Assembly (NCBI GenBank): GCA_037441065.1
Contig: JBBISY010000003.1
Location: forward strand, 129,307-193,306
Reading direction: 5' to 3'
DNA from: Acidobacteriota bacterium
Lineage (GTDB): Bacteria; Acidobacteriota; Thermoanaerobaculia; Thermoanaerobaculales; Thermoanaerobaculaceae
DNA: 64,000 nucleotides
Numbering within the stretch: the first letter of the stretch is position 1; each line of letters starts with the position of its first letter. The notes under the pieces are model-generated. The model had not been told where the DNA came from, made no database searches, and saw only the letters and a program-made list of their open reading frames with translations. Made by a program: the position numbers and the translations under genes. Below are positions 55,844 through 64,000 of this stretch, piece after piece.

Positions 55844-56875
55844 TCAGGGCGCAGCCGTTGCGGGTTCTGGCGTCTTGCTGGGGGACCACTGTGGTTCGAG
55901 GCCCAGGGCCACGAGGGCGGTCCGGAGGTAGGCCAGGGCTGCCTCGCGCCGCGCGCGCGGGGGGCGGCGGCGGAGGGGCAACACCAGAAGGCGGAGCGCC
56001 ATCCCCAGGAGGAGCAGGAGGCGGAAGGCAAACTCGGCCAGGGGCCCGGCGTGCTTGCGCCAGTACCGGCAGGCGTTGCGGTAGTAATGGGGCAGGAAGC
56101 GGTGGTAGCCGAGACGGGCGGCCGCGGCCCCCCCCTGGTGCACGAATACGGCCCCGGGCCAGAAGAGGATGGGGCCCACCCCAGCGAGGCGGCGGCACAG
56201 GTCCACGTCTTCGAACCAGGCTGGCACGAAGCGCTCGTCGAACCCCCCCAGGTCGAGGAAGGTCTCCCGCCGGATGGCCAATGCGGCAGCAGCGGGCTGC
56301 TCCACGGGAAAGGGGTGCCGGCGGTCCACGTCCAGATAGCGCTCGCGGCGGAGAGCCGCATTGTTCGGGAAAAGCTTGTCCAGGAGCAGCAGTTCCCGCA
56401 CTGCCTGACCCCAGGTGGGGAGGCGGCGCAGCTGAAAGAGCTCCTGGGGCTCGGGGCCCGGCTCCGCCGCGTCCACCATCCGCGGGGCCACCGCCACGGC
56501 GGCGGGGAACTGGGTGAAGGCGCGGATCAGCTCGTCCAGGGCGTGGGGGGTGGCCCGGGCATCGGGGTTCAGGAGGAGGACCACGTCCCCACGGCTCTCG
56601 CGCACGCCCCGATTGGCGGCGGGGCCGAACCCGAGGTTCGTGTCATTGCGCAGGAGGAGGAGGGAGGGGAAGCTTTGTCGCAGGGCCGCCTCGTCCAAAT
56701 CCGTGCTGGCGTTGTCCACCACCACGAGTTCCACGGGGAGGGAGCCGGGCGGGGGGAGGTGGCGGGCGAGGGAGTCGAGACAGGCCAACAGCTGGGGGCC
56801 GCTTTCCCAAGCGACGATAACAACCGCCAACGACCGGGGGACAGCCGGTGTCGGGGCGGCCTCGGCGCACGGCAT
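55844..56875 (-). CDS. family 2 glycosyltransferase (rhamnosyltransferase-like)
   Basis: LAVVIVAWESG..L..CL.SL, ..VVVDNAS.D, NLGFGPAANRG, LLLNPD and FFEDVDLCRR-like WFEDVDLCRR motifs. Start is ATG 56875. Confidence 0.8.
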   Translation of the reverse strand: MPCAEAAPTPAVPRSLAVVIVAWESGPQLLACLDSLARHLPPPGSLPVELVVVDNASTDLDEAALRQSFPSLLLLRNDTNLGFGPAANRGVRESRGDVVLLLNPDARATPHALDELIRAFTQFPAAVAVAPRMVDAAEPGPEPQELFQLRRLPTWGQAVRELLLLDKLFPNNAALRRERYLDVDRRHPFPVEQPAAAALAIRRETFLDLGGFDERFVPAWFEDVDLCRRLAGVGPILFWPGAVFVHQGGAAAARLGYHRFLPHYYRNACRYWRKHAGPLAEFAFRLLLLLGMALRLLVLPLRRRPPRARREAALAYLRTALVALGLEPQWSPSKTPEPATAAP

Positions 56876-56881
56876 TCGCCG

Positions 56882-56887
56882 ATGATA
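56882..56887 (-). promoter_or_regulatory. -10 hexamer TATCAT 6 nt upstream of ATG 56875 (GT2 gene)
   Basis: Reverse strand reads GGGTATCATCGGCGAATG, with no SD. Confidence 0.35.
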
Positions 56888-56920
56888 CCCGGGGGGCCCT
56901 GGGGCCGCCAGGGCTCGCGG

Positions 56921-56949
56921 TTGACCGGGCGGGGAGCGGGCCGTATCCT
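56921..56949 (+). promoter_or_regulatory. sigma70-type promoter candidate of pruA: TTGACC - 17 nt - TATCCT
   Basis: TTGACC at 56921-56926, 17-nt spacer, TATCCT at 56944-56949. A leader of about 60 nt with a GGGAGG RBS precedes ATG 57016. Confidence 0.45.
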
Positions 56950-57015
56950 TGGCATCCCACGGCCGGCGCGGCACGCCGGCCCGGCGGCAGGCACAACGGC
57001 ATCGGGAGGCCACCC

Positions 57016-58644
57016 ATGAACGGCGTGTTTCGCGTCCCCCAGCCCACGAACGAACCGGTGCGCGCATACGCCCCCGGCTCGCCAGAGCGGAAATCCCTCA
57101 AGGCCAAGCTCGTGGAACTCCGGTCGCGGGAGATCGAGATCCCGCTCATCATCGGCGGGGAGGAGGTGTGCACCGGCCGCCTCGGCACCTGCGTGATCCC
57201 GCACCGCCACGGCCACGTGCTGGCCCGCTACCACAAGGCGGGACAGGCCGAAGTGGAGCGCGCCATTGCCGCCGCCCGGGAAGCGCGCGCCGCCTGGGCC
57301 GCCATGCCGTGGCACGAGCGGGCCGCGATTCTCCTGCGCGCGGCGGACCTGCTGGCCGGGCCGTGGCGCGACACCTTGAACGCCGCCACCATGCTCGGGC
57401 AGTCGAAGACCGTCTTCCAGGCCGAAATCGACTCGGCCTGCGAGGTGATCGACTTTTGGCGCTTCAACCCGTACTTCATGCAGGAGATCTACGAGAACCA
57501 GCCGATCTCTTCGCCGGGCGTCTGGAACCGGGTGGAGTACCGGCCGCTGGACGGGTTCGTGTTTGCCGTGACGCCCTTCAACTTCACCTCGATCGGTGCG
57601 AACCTGCCCACCTCGCCAGCCCTCATGGGCAACACCGTGCTGTGGAAGCCGGCGTCCACCGGGGTCTACCCCGCCTACTTCGTCATGAAGTTGCTGATGG
57701 CGGCGGGCCTGCCGCCCGGCGTCATCAACCTGGTGGTGGGTTCGGGGGGCGAGGTGGGGGAGCCGGTGCTCGCTTCGCCGGAGTTTGCCGGGCTGCACTT
57801 CACCGGCTCCACGTCGGTCTTCCAGGGCATGTGGCGGACGATCGGGGCCAACATCGCCACCTACCGCACCTATCCGCGCATCGTGGGCGAGACGGGCGGC
57901 AAGGACTTCGTGTTCGCCCACGCCTCGGCGGACGTGACGGCGCTGGTGACGGCCCTGGTGCGGGGGGCCTTCGAGTACCAGGGGCAGAAGTGCTCGGCAG
58001 CCTCGCGGGCCTACATCCCGCGCTCCCTCTGGCCGAAGGTGCGGGAGCTGCTGCTGGCCCAGGTGGCCGAGATCCGCATGGGGGACGTGGAGGACTTCCG
58101 CAACTTCATGGGCGCGGTCATCGACAAGGCGGCCTTCGAATCGATCAAGGAGTACGTCGAGTACGCCAGGGCGTCGAGCGACGCCGAGATCCTCGCCGGC
58201 GGCGGCTGCAACGACAGCGTCGGGTACTTCATCGAACCCACCGTGGTGCTCACCACCAACCCGCGGCATCGGCTCATGCAGGAGGAGATCTTCGGGCCGG
58301 TCCTGACCATCTTCGTGTACGAGGACGCGGAGCTGGACGCCGCGTTGCAGCTGTGCGACACCGGTTCCCCCTACGCCTTGACGGGCTCGGTGTTCGCCGA
58401 GGACCGGCGGGCCATCGTGGCCATCAGCGAGGCGCTGCGCGATGCGGCCGGGAACTTCTACATCAACGACAAGCCGACGGGCGCGGTGGTGGGCCAGCAG
58501 CCCTTCGGCGGGGCGCGGGCTTCCGGCACCAACGACAAGGCGGGGTCCATGTGGAACCTGATCCGCTGGGCAAGCCCCCGCGCCATCAAGGAGACGTTCG
58601 TGCCGCCGCGGCACTTCGCCTACCCGTTCATGGGCGAGGCGTAG
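57016..58644 (+). CDS. pruA: L-glutamate gamma-semialdehyde (1-pyrroline-5-carboxylate) dehydrogenase
   Basis: ATG 57016 follows GGGAGG. Aldehyde dehydrogenase motifs FNFTSI, GETGGKDF and catalytic Cys in YQGQKCSAASR. 542 aa. Confidence 0.9.
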   Translation: MNGVFRVPQPTNEPVRAYAPGSPERKSLKAKLVELRSREIEIPLIIGGEEVCTGRLGTCVIPHRHGHVLARYHKAGQAEVERAIAAAREARAAWAAMPWHERAAILLRAADLLAGPWRDTLNAATMLGQSKTVFQAEIDSACEVIDFWRFNPYFMQEIYENQPISSPGVWNRVEYRPLDGFVFAVTPFNFTSIGANLPTSPALMGNTVLWKPASTGVYPAYFVMKLLMAAGLPPGVINLVVGSGGEVGEPVLASPEFAGLHFTGSTSVFQGMWRTIGANIATYRTYPRIVGETGGKDFVFAHASADVTALVTALVRGAFEYQGQKCSAASRAYIPRSLWPKVRELLLAQVAEIRMGDVEDFRNFMGAVIDKAAFESIKEYVEYARASSDAEILAGGGCNDSVGYFIEPTVVLTTNPRHRLMQEEIFGPVLTIFVYEDAELDAALQLCDTGSPYALTGSVFAEDRRAIVAISEALRDAAGNFYINDKPTGAVVGQQPFGGARASGTNDKAGSMWNLIRWASPRAIKETFVPPRHFAYPFMGEA

Positions 58645-58702
58645 CGGCACCGCCCAAACCCCGCTCAGGCGCCGCGGAGCGCCCCTCCAGCCAGGGAGCG
58701 GG

Positions 58703-59428
58703 TCAGCGGCTTCGGTCGGCGAACGCCTGCACCGTCTGCCGCGCCTGGCGCAGCACGCGGAACCCCTCCGCCGCTTCCAGGCCGGCCCGTTCCCCGGTTT
58801 CGCGGGCGAAGCGGGTGAAGGCGACGCGGGTCGGCTCCGGCGGGAACTGCGAGGTGTGCTCGCCGATGAGGGCCAGCTTTTCCTCCAGCACCCCGGAGAT
58901 GTCCACGAAGGTGTCGGGGTGGTCGGTGAGCGCCAGCCAGACCTCCTCCACCAGGTGGGGCTCCAACCCCTCCCGCAGGAGCTCCGGGAAGGCGAGGGGC
59001 TTCTTCACCGCCGGGTAAATGGCCTCCAGCGCCGCCTGGCCAGCGGCGCGGTGGTCTGGGTGGTTGATGTAGACACCGTGGCGGAACCAGACGGTGGGGT
59101 CGTGGGTCACCACCAGGTGGGGCCGGACGCTGCGAATGACGCGCACGAGCTCGCGGCGCAGCTCGAGGGTGGGCTGGAGGAGGCCGTCCTCGTAGCCCAG
59201 CCACAGCACGCGGGCCCCCAGCCGCCGAGCCGCCCGCTCCTGCTCCTGGCGGCGGCGGGCGATCACCTGCTCGCGGCTATCGGCGGGGTCGGCCGTACCC
59301 TTGTCGCCGTCGGTGATGATGCAGAGGGTGATGCGGGCTCCCGCCGCGGCCCAGGTGAGGAGCGTGCCGCCGGCGCTGGTCTCGGCGTCGTCCGGGTGGG
59401 CAAAGATCGTAAGAACATGCTTTTCCAT
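58703..59428 (-). CDS. PIG-L/LmbE-family deacetylase
   Basis: N-terminal VLTIFAHPDDAE zinc-binding motif and ..HPDH.. downstream. 241 aa. Confidence 0.85.
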   Translation of the reverse strand: MEKHVLTIFAHPDDAETSAGGTLLTWAAAGARITLCIITDGDKGTADPADSREQVIARRRQEQERAARRLGARVLWLGYEDGLLQPTLELRRELVRVIRSVRPHLVVTHDPTVWFRHGVYINHPDHRAAGQAALEAIYPAVKKPLAFPELLREGLEPHLVEEVWLALTDHPDTFVDISGVLEEKLALIGEHTSQFPPEPTRVAFTRFARETGERAGLEAAEGFRVLRQARQTVQAFADRSR

Positions 59429-59433
59429 GGCGC

Positions 59434-59440
59434 TATACTA
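59434..59440. promoter_or_regulatory. overlapping divergent -10 hexamers: TATACT (+, towards 59506) and TAGTAT (-, 6 nt before ATG 59428)
   Basis: GCGCTATACTACGCG is the only AT-rich patch in the 77-nt divergent intergenic region. Confidence 0.4.
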
Positions 59441-59505
59441 CGCGAGACGCTGGCACCTGCGCGGCGGGCTGGGCGGTCGCAGCAGGTCTCAGGCCAGGAG
59501 GAAGG

Positions 59506-61353
59506 ATGGCCCGTCCCACGATCCTGGTTGTGGACAGTGACGACAGCAGACGAAAAGGCCTCGCGTTGGGTCTGGCCGAGTTCGGCTACGAGGTGGTGTC
59601 GGCGCGCGACGAGGCGGACGGGGTGCGCTTCGCCAAGGGGCTCGGCCCCTCGGTGATCGTGGCCGAGGCCGCCATCCCCACCTTCGGCGATGCCGCCATT
59701 TTGAGCGAGATCCAGGCCGCGGGGGGCCAGACCCTCCTCATCGTGATGGGCGGCGAAGCCGCCGAAGAGGAGGAGGGCGAGGAGTCGGAGCGGCTTCCGG
59801 GCCTGCTGCGCTTGCCCGTGGCCGGGCTGAGCCCGGTCGGGGTGTTGCGAAAGGTTCACACCGCGCTGGTGGGAGTGGAAGTCGGATTGGAGGCGGACAG
59901 CCGCTTCGAGTCGCTCCTGGGTACTTTCCAGCGACTGCCCCTGTTCGACCTCCTGCCGGAGCTGCAGCGCACGGTGGTGAGTGGCCGCCTCCTCATGGAG
60001 GAGGGGGAGATCGCCCTCGAGGCCGGCGAGGTGATTGCCGCGCGCGCCGGGAAGGTGCGGGGGGTCAAGGCGTTCGCGAGGATCGCCCGCACTGCTTCGG
60101 GATCGTTCCGTCTCCTGCTCGGTCCCTCGGGGGCCGCGCGCGAGATCAAGCAGGACCTGGTGAGCCTGATCGCGGTGGCGATCGAGGACCAGCACCGCTT
60201 CGAGGAGGCGTCGGCCAAGCTGCCCGACCTGGCCAGCCGGGCGCGGCTGGAGATGGGGCCGGCGTTCTTCTCCACCCAGTTCTCCCCGTCGCAACAGGCG
60301 CTCCTGGCCTTGGTGCAGCAGCCCGTCGCGGTCTGGCGGCTGGTGGATTCCCTTCCGGCGGCGGACGGGGAAGTGCTGGACGAGCTGTGGCGCCTGCAAC
60401 AGATGGGGTTCGTGGCCTTCGAAGAGCCCGAGTACACCGTCCGCGTTCTCACCGACTCCACGGCCGACCTCCCTCAGGATCTGGCGCTCCGGCACGGGAT
60501 CCAGGTGATCCCCCTCTCGGTGATCTTCGGGGAGGACATCCTCCGCGACGGGATCGATATCACGCCCGGGAAGTTCTACCAGGTGCTCGCGGCGCGCAAG
60601 GACGTGCACCCGCGCACGAGTCCGCCCACCAAGGGCTCGTTCCTGGCCGACTACACCGCCCTGCTGCGCCGCTACGACGTGGTTTCCGTGCATATCTCGG
60701 AGAAGATGTCGCTCACGGCGGCGAACGCCCGCGAAGCCCGGGGCGAGGTGGAAAGCGTGCTGTCCCAGCCCCGTGCCGACGGCACCCTGCCGGCTCTGGA
60801 GATCGTGGACAGCAAGCAGGTCTCCACCGGCCTCGGCTTGATGGCGCTGTTCGCGGCGCGGATGGCCCGCCGGGGCCTTTCCGCACAGGCGATCCGGGAC
60901 CACCTGGTCGCCATGCGCGACCGGTTCCACCTGCTCTTCGTCGTCGACACCCTGGATTACCTCGTGCGTGGGGGTCGAATCGGCAAGGCGCGCGGGCTGA
61001 TCGGCGGGCTGCTGGGCATCAAGCCGATCCTCGGGCTCGTGGGCGGCGAGGTCACCGCCATCGACAAGGTCCGCGGCGGCAAGGCGGCGCACCCCAAGGT
61101 CATCGAGCTGCTCAAGCAGCGGGTGGATCCCGCCAAGCCCGTCTTCGCCGGGATCGGGCACGCCTCGGCGCCGGTGTGGTCGGGGCGGCTGCGCGAGTTG
61201 CTGGAGAAGAACTTCCAGATCCTCGAGTTCGTCCTCAACGAGATCGGCCCGGTGGTGGGGACGCACACCGGCCCGGGCTGTGTGGGCGTGGTCATGTTTC
61301 AGCCCACCGAGGAAGAAATCCCCCTCATCGAACCGCTCCCCGCCGCCGAGTGA
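59506..61353 (+). CDS. fusion protein: degenerate receiver (REC-like) domain + DUF4388 (PATAN-type) + DegV fatty-acid-binding domain
   Basis: ATG follows AGGAGGAAGG. REC-like segment ILVVDSDDSRR...VIVAEAAIP has Glu where the phospho-Asp is expected. DUF4388-like segment LGTFQRLPLFDLLPELQRTVVSGRLLMEEGEIALEAGEVIAARAG.VRGVKAFARI. DegV segment VRVLTDSTADLP....IQVIPLSV...(to)..GTHTGPGCVGVVMF. Confidence 0.8.
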   Translation: MARPTILVVDSDDSRRKGLALGLAEFGYEVVSARDEADGVRFAKGLGPSVIVAEAAIPTFGDAAILSEIQAAGGQTLLIVMGGEAAEEEEGEESERLPGLLRLPVAGLSPVGVLRKVHTALVGVEVGLEADSRFESLLGTFQRLPLFDLLPELQRTVVSGRLLMEEGEIALEAGEVIAARAGKVRGVKAFARIARTASGSFRLLLGPSGAAREIKQDLVSLIAVAIEDQHRFEEASAKLPDLASRARLEMGPAFFSTQFSPSQQALLALVQQPVAVWRLVDSLPAADGEVLDELWRLQQMGFVAFEEPEYTVRVLTDSTADLPQDLALRHGIQVIPLSVIFGEDILRDGIDITPGKFYQVLAARKDVHPRTSPPTKGSFLADYTALLRRYDVVSVHISEKMSLTAANAREARGEVESVLSQPRADGTLPALEIVDSKQVSTGLGLMALFAARMARRGLSAQAIRDHLVAMRDRFHLLFVVDTLDYLVRGGRIGKARGLIGGLLGIKPILGLVGGEVTAIDKVRGGKAAHPKVIELLKQRVDPAKPVFAGIGHASAPVWSGRLRELLEKNFQILEFVLNEIGPVVGTHTGPGCVGVVMFQPTEEEIPLIEPLPAAE

Positions 61354-61360
61354 GGCCCGC

Positions 61361-62761
61361 TCAGGAGCCGAGGTAGAGCTCGAACTCGCGCGGGTGGGGC
61401 CGCTCGGCCACGTCCTGCGCCTCGGTGCGTTTGAGGGCCACCCAGGTTTCCAGAAGGTCGCTGGTGAAGACCCCCCCTTCCAGCAGGAAGGCGTGGTCCT
61501 CCTCCAGGGCGTCCAGGGCCTCGTCGAGACTGGCGGGGAGGGCCGGGATGGCGGCCAGCTGCTCCGGCGGCAGGGCGAGGATGTCGCCGGAGAGCGGGGG
61601 ACCGGGGTCCAGCCGGTGGCGAATGCCGTCGAGGCCCGCCATGAGCATGGCGGCCAGGGCTAGGTGAGGGTTGGCCGTGGCGTCCGGCGGCCGGTACTCG
61701 ATGCGCGCGTCCTCCCCGGAGGCGGCGTAGCCCGGCACGCGGATGGCGGCGGTGCGGTTGGCCACCGAGTAGGCGAGGCGGACCGGCGCTTCGAACCCGG
61801 GGACCAGGCGTTTGTAGGAGTTGGTGGAGGGGTTGGTGAACGCCGCCAGGGCCCTGCCGTGGCGCAGGAGCCCGCCCACGTAGCACCGCCCCACCTCCGA
61901 CAAGGGGCCGGGGCCTGTGGGGTCGTGGAATACCGAGCGCCCGTCCCGCAGGAGGTACTGGTGGAAGTGGAGGCCGGAGCCGGGCTCGCCGAAGAGCGGC
62001 TTGGGCATGAAGGTGGCGAAGAGGCCGTACTGCTCCGCCACCGAGCGGATGACCCACTTGGCCAGGGCGACGGCGTCTCCCGCCCGTTCGAGCGGCATGA
62101 AGGCCAGCTCGATCTCCACCTGGCCGGCGAAGCCCACCTCGTGGTGGTGGTACTTGACCGGAATGCCCAGGGAGGCGATCACCCGGCACATCTCCGAACG
62201 TACGTCGGCAAAACGGTCCTCGGGAGCGGCCGCATGGTAGCGCTTGCCGCGGGATGACACCGCCGGCACCATCGCCTCGCCCACCACCACCCCCGCTTCC
62301 GTGGAGGTGATACGGTAGCCGGCCTGGCCGGTCTGGCCCCAGACCACCACGCTGTCGAAGAGGAAAAACTCCAGTTCCGGCAGCCACAGGCTGCTCTCTC
62401 CAGGGCGCTCCGCGGCCAGGAGGCGCTCGGCCTTGCGGGCCACGAAGCGGGGGTCGCGGGGGAAGCCGTCCTGGGCTCCCACGTCCATCAGGTTGCCGAG
62501 GACGCACAGGGTGGGGTGCTCGGCAAAGGGGCTCACGAAGTGCGAGCTCACGTCCGGCACCAGCACCATGTCGCCGGCTTTCGTGGCGCGGAAGCCGACC
62601 ACCGAGGACCCGTCCACCCCGACGCCGCGGCCGAGGAGGCGCTCGTCGAACCGGGCGGCGGGCAGCGTGAGGTGGTGCCAGCTCCCCAGCAGGTCGGTGT
62701 ACATGAGATCCACGAACTCGATGCGGTGTTCGGCCATGACGGCGGCAATGGGGTCCTTCAC
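61361..62761 (-). CDS. glnA: glutamine synthetase, type I
   Basis: GTG 62761 lies 10 nt after GGGAGG; ATG 62737 is the alternative. ..KYHHHEV...GQVEI.., ..KPLFGEPGSGLHFH.. and ..NSYKRLVPGFEAP.. motifs. No Tyr in the adenylylation-loop position (GDILALPPEQ). Confidence 0.9.
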   Translation of the reverse strand: MKDPIAAVMAEHRIEFVDLMYTDLLGSWHHLTLPAARFDERLLGRGVGVDGSSVVGFRATKAGDMVLVPDVSSHFVSPFAEHPTLCVLGNLMDVGAQDGFPRDPRFVARKAERLLAAERPGESSLWLPELEFFLFDSVVVWGQTGQAGYRITSTEAGVVVGEAMVPAVSSRGKRYHAAAPEDRFADVRSEMCRVIASLGIPVKYHHHEVGFAGQVEIELAFMPLERAGDAVALAKWVIRSVAEQYGLFATFMPKPLFGEPGSGLHFHQYLLRDGRSVFHDPTGPGPLSEVGRCYVGGLLRHGRALAAFTNPSTNSYKRLVPGFEAPVRLAYSVANRTAAIRVPGYAASGEDARIEYRPPDATANPHLALAAMLMAGLDGIRHRLDPGPPLSGDILALPPEQLAAIPALPASLDEALDALEEDHAFLLEGGVFTSDLLETWVALKRTEAQDVAERPHPREFELYLGS

Positions 62762-62783
62762 CGGTCCACAACCTCCCGGGCGC

Positions 62784-62793
62784 AGTCTAGCAT
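62784..62793 (-). promoter_or_regulatory. extended -10-like element ATGCTAGACT upstream of glnA
   Basis: Reverse strand reads ATGCTAGACTGCGCCCGGGAGGTTGTGGACCGGTG: -10, then the GGGAGG RBS, then GTG 62761. Confidence 0.45.
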
Positions 62794-62795
62794 GT

Positions 62796-62809
62796 TGTGA
62801 AATTTCGCA
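62796..62809. promoter_or_regulatory. AT-rich imperfect palindrome TGTGA-AATT-TCGCA abutting the glnA -10 region
   Basis: This is the most AT-rich 14-mer of the aspA-glnA gap. Read on the glnA strand it spans about -19 to -32 relative to the predicted start site, a typical operator position. Confidence 0.35.
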
Positions 62810-62835
62810 CTTGTGCTGGCGGGGATGACGTCGCC

Positions 62836-64000
62836 TCAGCGCAGCGGGCGCGGCCGGGTCATGGCCTCGACCGACAGCAGTTCGTCGAGGCGGTCGGGGG
62901 AGAGGTAGCCGTGGGCGAGGACGATGTCGCGTACCGACCGGCCCGTGGCCAGGGCCTCCTGGGCCACCTCGCTGGCGCGCTCGTACCCCAGCGCCGGCAC
63001 CAGGGCGGTGACGACGCCGATGGAGCGCTCCACGAGCTCGCGACAGCGTTCGGCGTTGGCGGTGATACCGCGCACGCAACGGTGGGCGAGGGTGGTAACG
63101 GCGGCGGCCAGGGCGTCGAGGGACTGGAAGAGGTCGAAGGCGATGATGGGCTCCATGACGTTGAGCTGGAGCTGCCCGGCCTCGGCCGCCAGGGTCACCG
63201 TCAAGTCGTGGCCGATCACCTGGAACGCCACCTGGTTCACCACCTCCGGGATCACGGGGTTGACCTTGCCCGGCATGATGGAGGAGCCTGGCTGGACGGG
63301 CGGCAAGTTGATCTCCCCGAACCCGCAGCGCGGGCCGGAGGCGAGCAACCGGAGGTCGTTGCATAGTTTCGAGAGCTTGACCGCCACCCGCTTCAACACC
63401 CCCGAGAACATCACGAAGGCCCCCGTGTCGGGGGTGGCTTCCACCAGGTTCTCGGCCAGCACCAGGTCGAGCCCGGTAATGCGGCGCAGCTCCTCCACCA
63501 CCGTGGCCGGGTAGCGGGGATCGGCGTTGATGCCGGTGCCGATGGCCGTGCCGCCCATGTTCACCTCCAGGAAGAGGCGGGCGGTTTCCCGCAAGCGGGC
63601 GATGTCCTCGGCCGTGGTCACGGCAAAGGCGTGGAACTCCTGGCCCAGCGTCATCGGGACGGCGTCCTGGAGCTGGGTGCGCCCCATCTTGATCACGTCG
63701 GCGAATTCCTGCCCCTTGGCCGCCAAGGTGTCGCGCAGCCGCTCCAGCGCCGCGATCAGCTCCCGCAGCTTGAAGACCACCGCCACGCGGATGGCGGTGG
63801 GGTAGACGTCGTTGGTGGATTGCGAGAGGTTGACGTGGTTGTTGGGGTGGCAGAACTGGTACTCGCCGCGGCGGCGGCCGAGCAGCTCCAGGGCGCGATT
63901 GGCGATGACCTCGTTGGCGTTCATGTTGGTGGAGGTGCCGGCGCCCCCCTGCACCATGTCCACCACGAAGTGGCCGTGCCAGCGGCCCTCGATGATCTCC
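62836..64000 (-). CDS. aspA: aspartate ammonia-lyase (3' part; N-terminus lies beyond the right edge)
   Basis: Signature GSSIMPGKVNPVIPE. ..VDMVQGGAGTSTNMNANEVIAN.. and ..QLQLNVMEPIIAF.. favour aspartase over fumarase. The frame stays open to position 64000. Confidence 0.85.
   Translation of the reverse strand, partial: EIIEGRWHGHFVVDMVQGGAGTSTNMNANEVIANRALELLGRRRGEYQFCHPNNHVNLSQSTNDVYPTAIRVAVVFKLRELIAALERLRDTLAAKGQEFADVIKMGRTQLQDAVPMTLGQEFHAFAVTTAEDIARLRETARLFLEVNMGGTAIGTGINADPRYPATVVEELRRITGLDLVLAENLVEATPDTGAFVMFSGVLKRVAVKLSKLCNDLRLLASGPRCGFGEINLPPVQPGSSIMPGKVNPVIPEVVNQVAFQVIGHDLTVTLAAEAGQLQLNVMEPIIAFDLFQSLDALAAAVTTLAHRCVRGITANAERCRELVERSIGVVTALVPALGYERASEVAQEALATGRSVRDIVLAHGYLSPDRLDELLSVEAMTRPRPLR

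Noticed and set aside
59451-59465. Second sigma54-like element TGGCAC-N5-CGGC upstream of the REC/DUF4388/DegV gene
   Set aside because: Only the -24 half is good; the -12 half lacks the TTGC context. A plausible sigma70-type -10 (TATACT) lies 12 nt upstream. It is kept as a remote possibility, not reported as a feature.

Overview
High-GC (roughly 70% by eye), very compact bacterial chromosomal segment. I call 56 protein-coding genes, two of them cut by the window edges. I saw no rRNA or tRNA genes, no CRISPR array, and no transposase, integrase or phage genes. Most of the content is housekeeping: hpt, ackA, alr, aroB, valS, birA, coaX, comEC, miaA-hfq, pgsA, nadA, radA, mlaFED, dnaB, mnmA, pruA, glnA and aspA. 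The less ordinary blocks are: (i) a cell-envelope cluster at 5.7-8.5 kb with a thioredoxin-like protein, a small beta-barrel OMP, a VWA protein and an Lpp-like/OmpA fusion; (ii) a type IV pilus minor-pilin operon at 8.7-15.4 kb (GspH/FimT-like, PilV, PilW, PilX, a 1270-aa VWA-containing PilY1), with a sigma54-type promoter in front and a strong terminator behind; (iii) a translationally coupled HEAT-repeat / HD-GYP pair at 40.5-43.8 kb whose N-termini are similar; (iv) a glycosyltransferase cluster at 51.4-56.9 kb; (v) a degenerate-receiver + DUF4388 + DegV fusion protein at 59.5-61.4 kb. Two VWA proteins of the type I associate with Acidobacteria, one with a GWxTD-like N-terminus, suggest an Acidobacteriota-like origin; this is inference only. 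I did not find a convincing self-contained novel system such as a defence island, mobile element or RNA-guided system. The most interesting signals are regulatory. A -10-like element sits 6-8 nt before the start codon of nine operon-leading genes, which is leaderless geometry. A CTAG-containing (G/A)TGCTAG(C/A)NT motif recurs at promoter positions. There are also the two unusual protein architectures in (iii) and (v). All functional calls come from reading the translated ORFs and recognising motifs; no database search was run.
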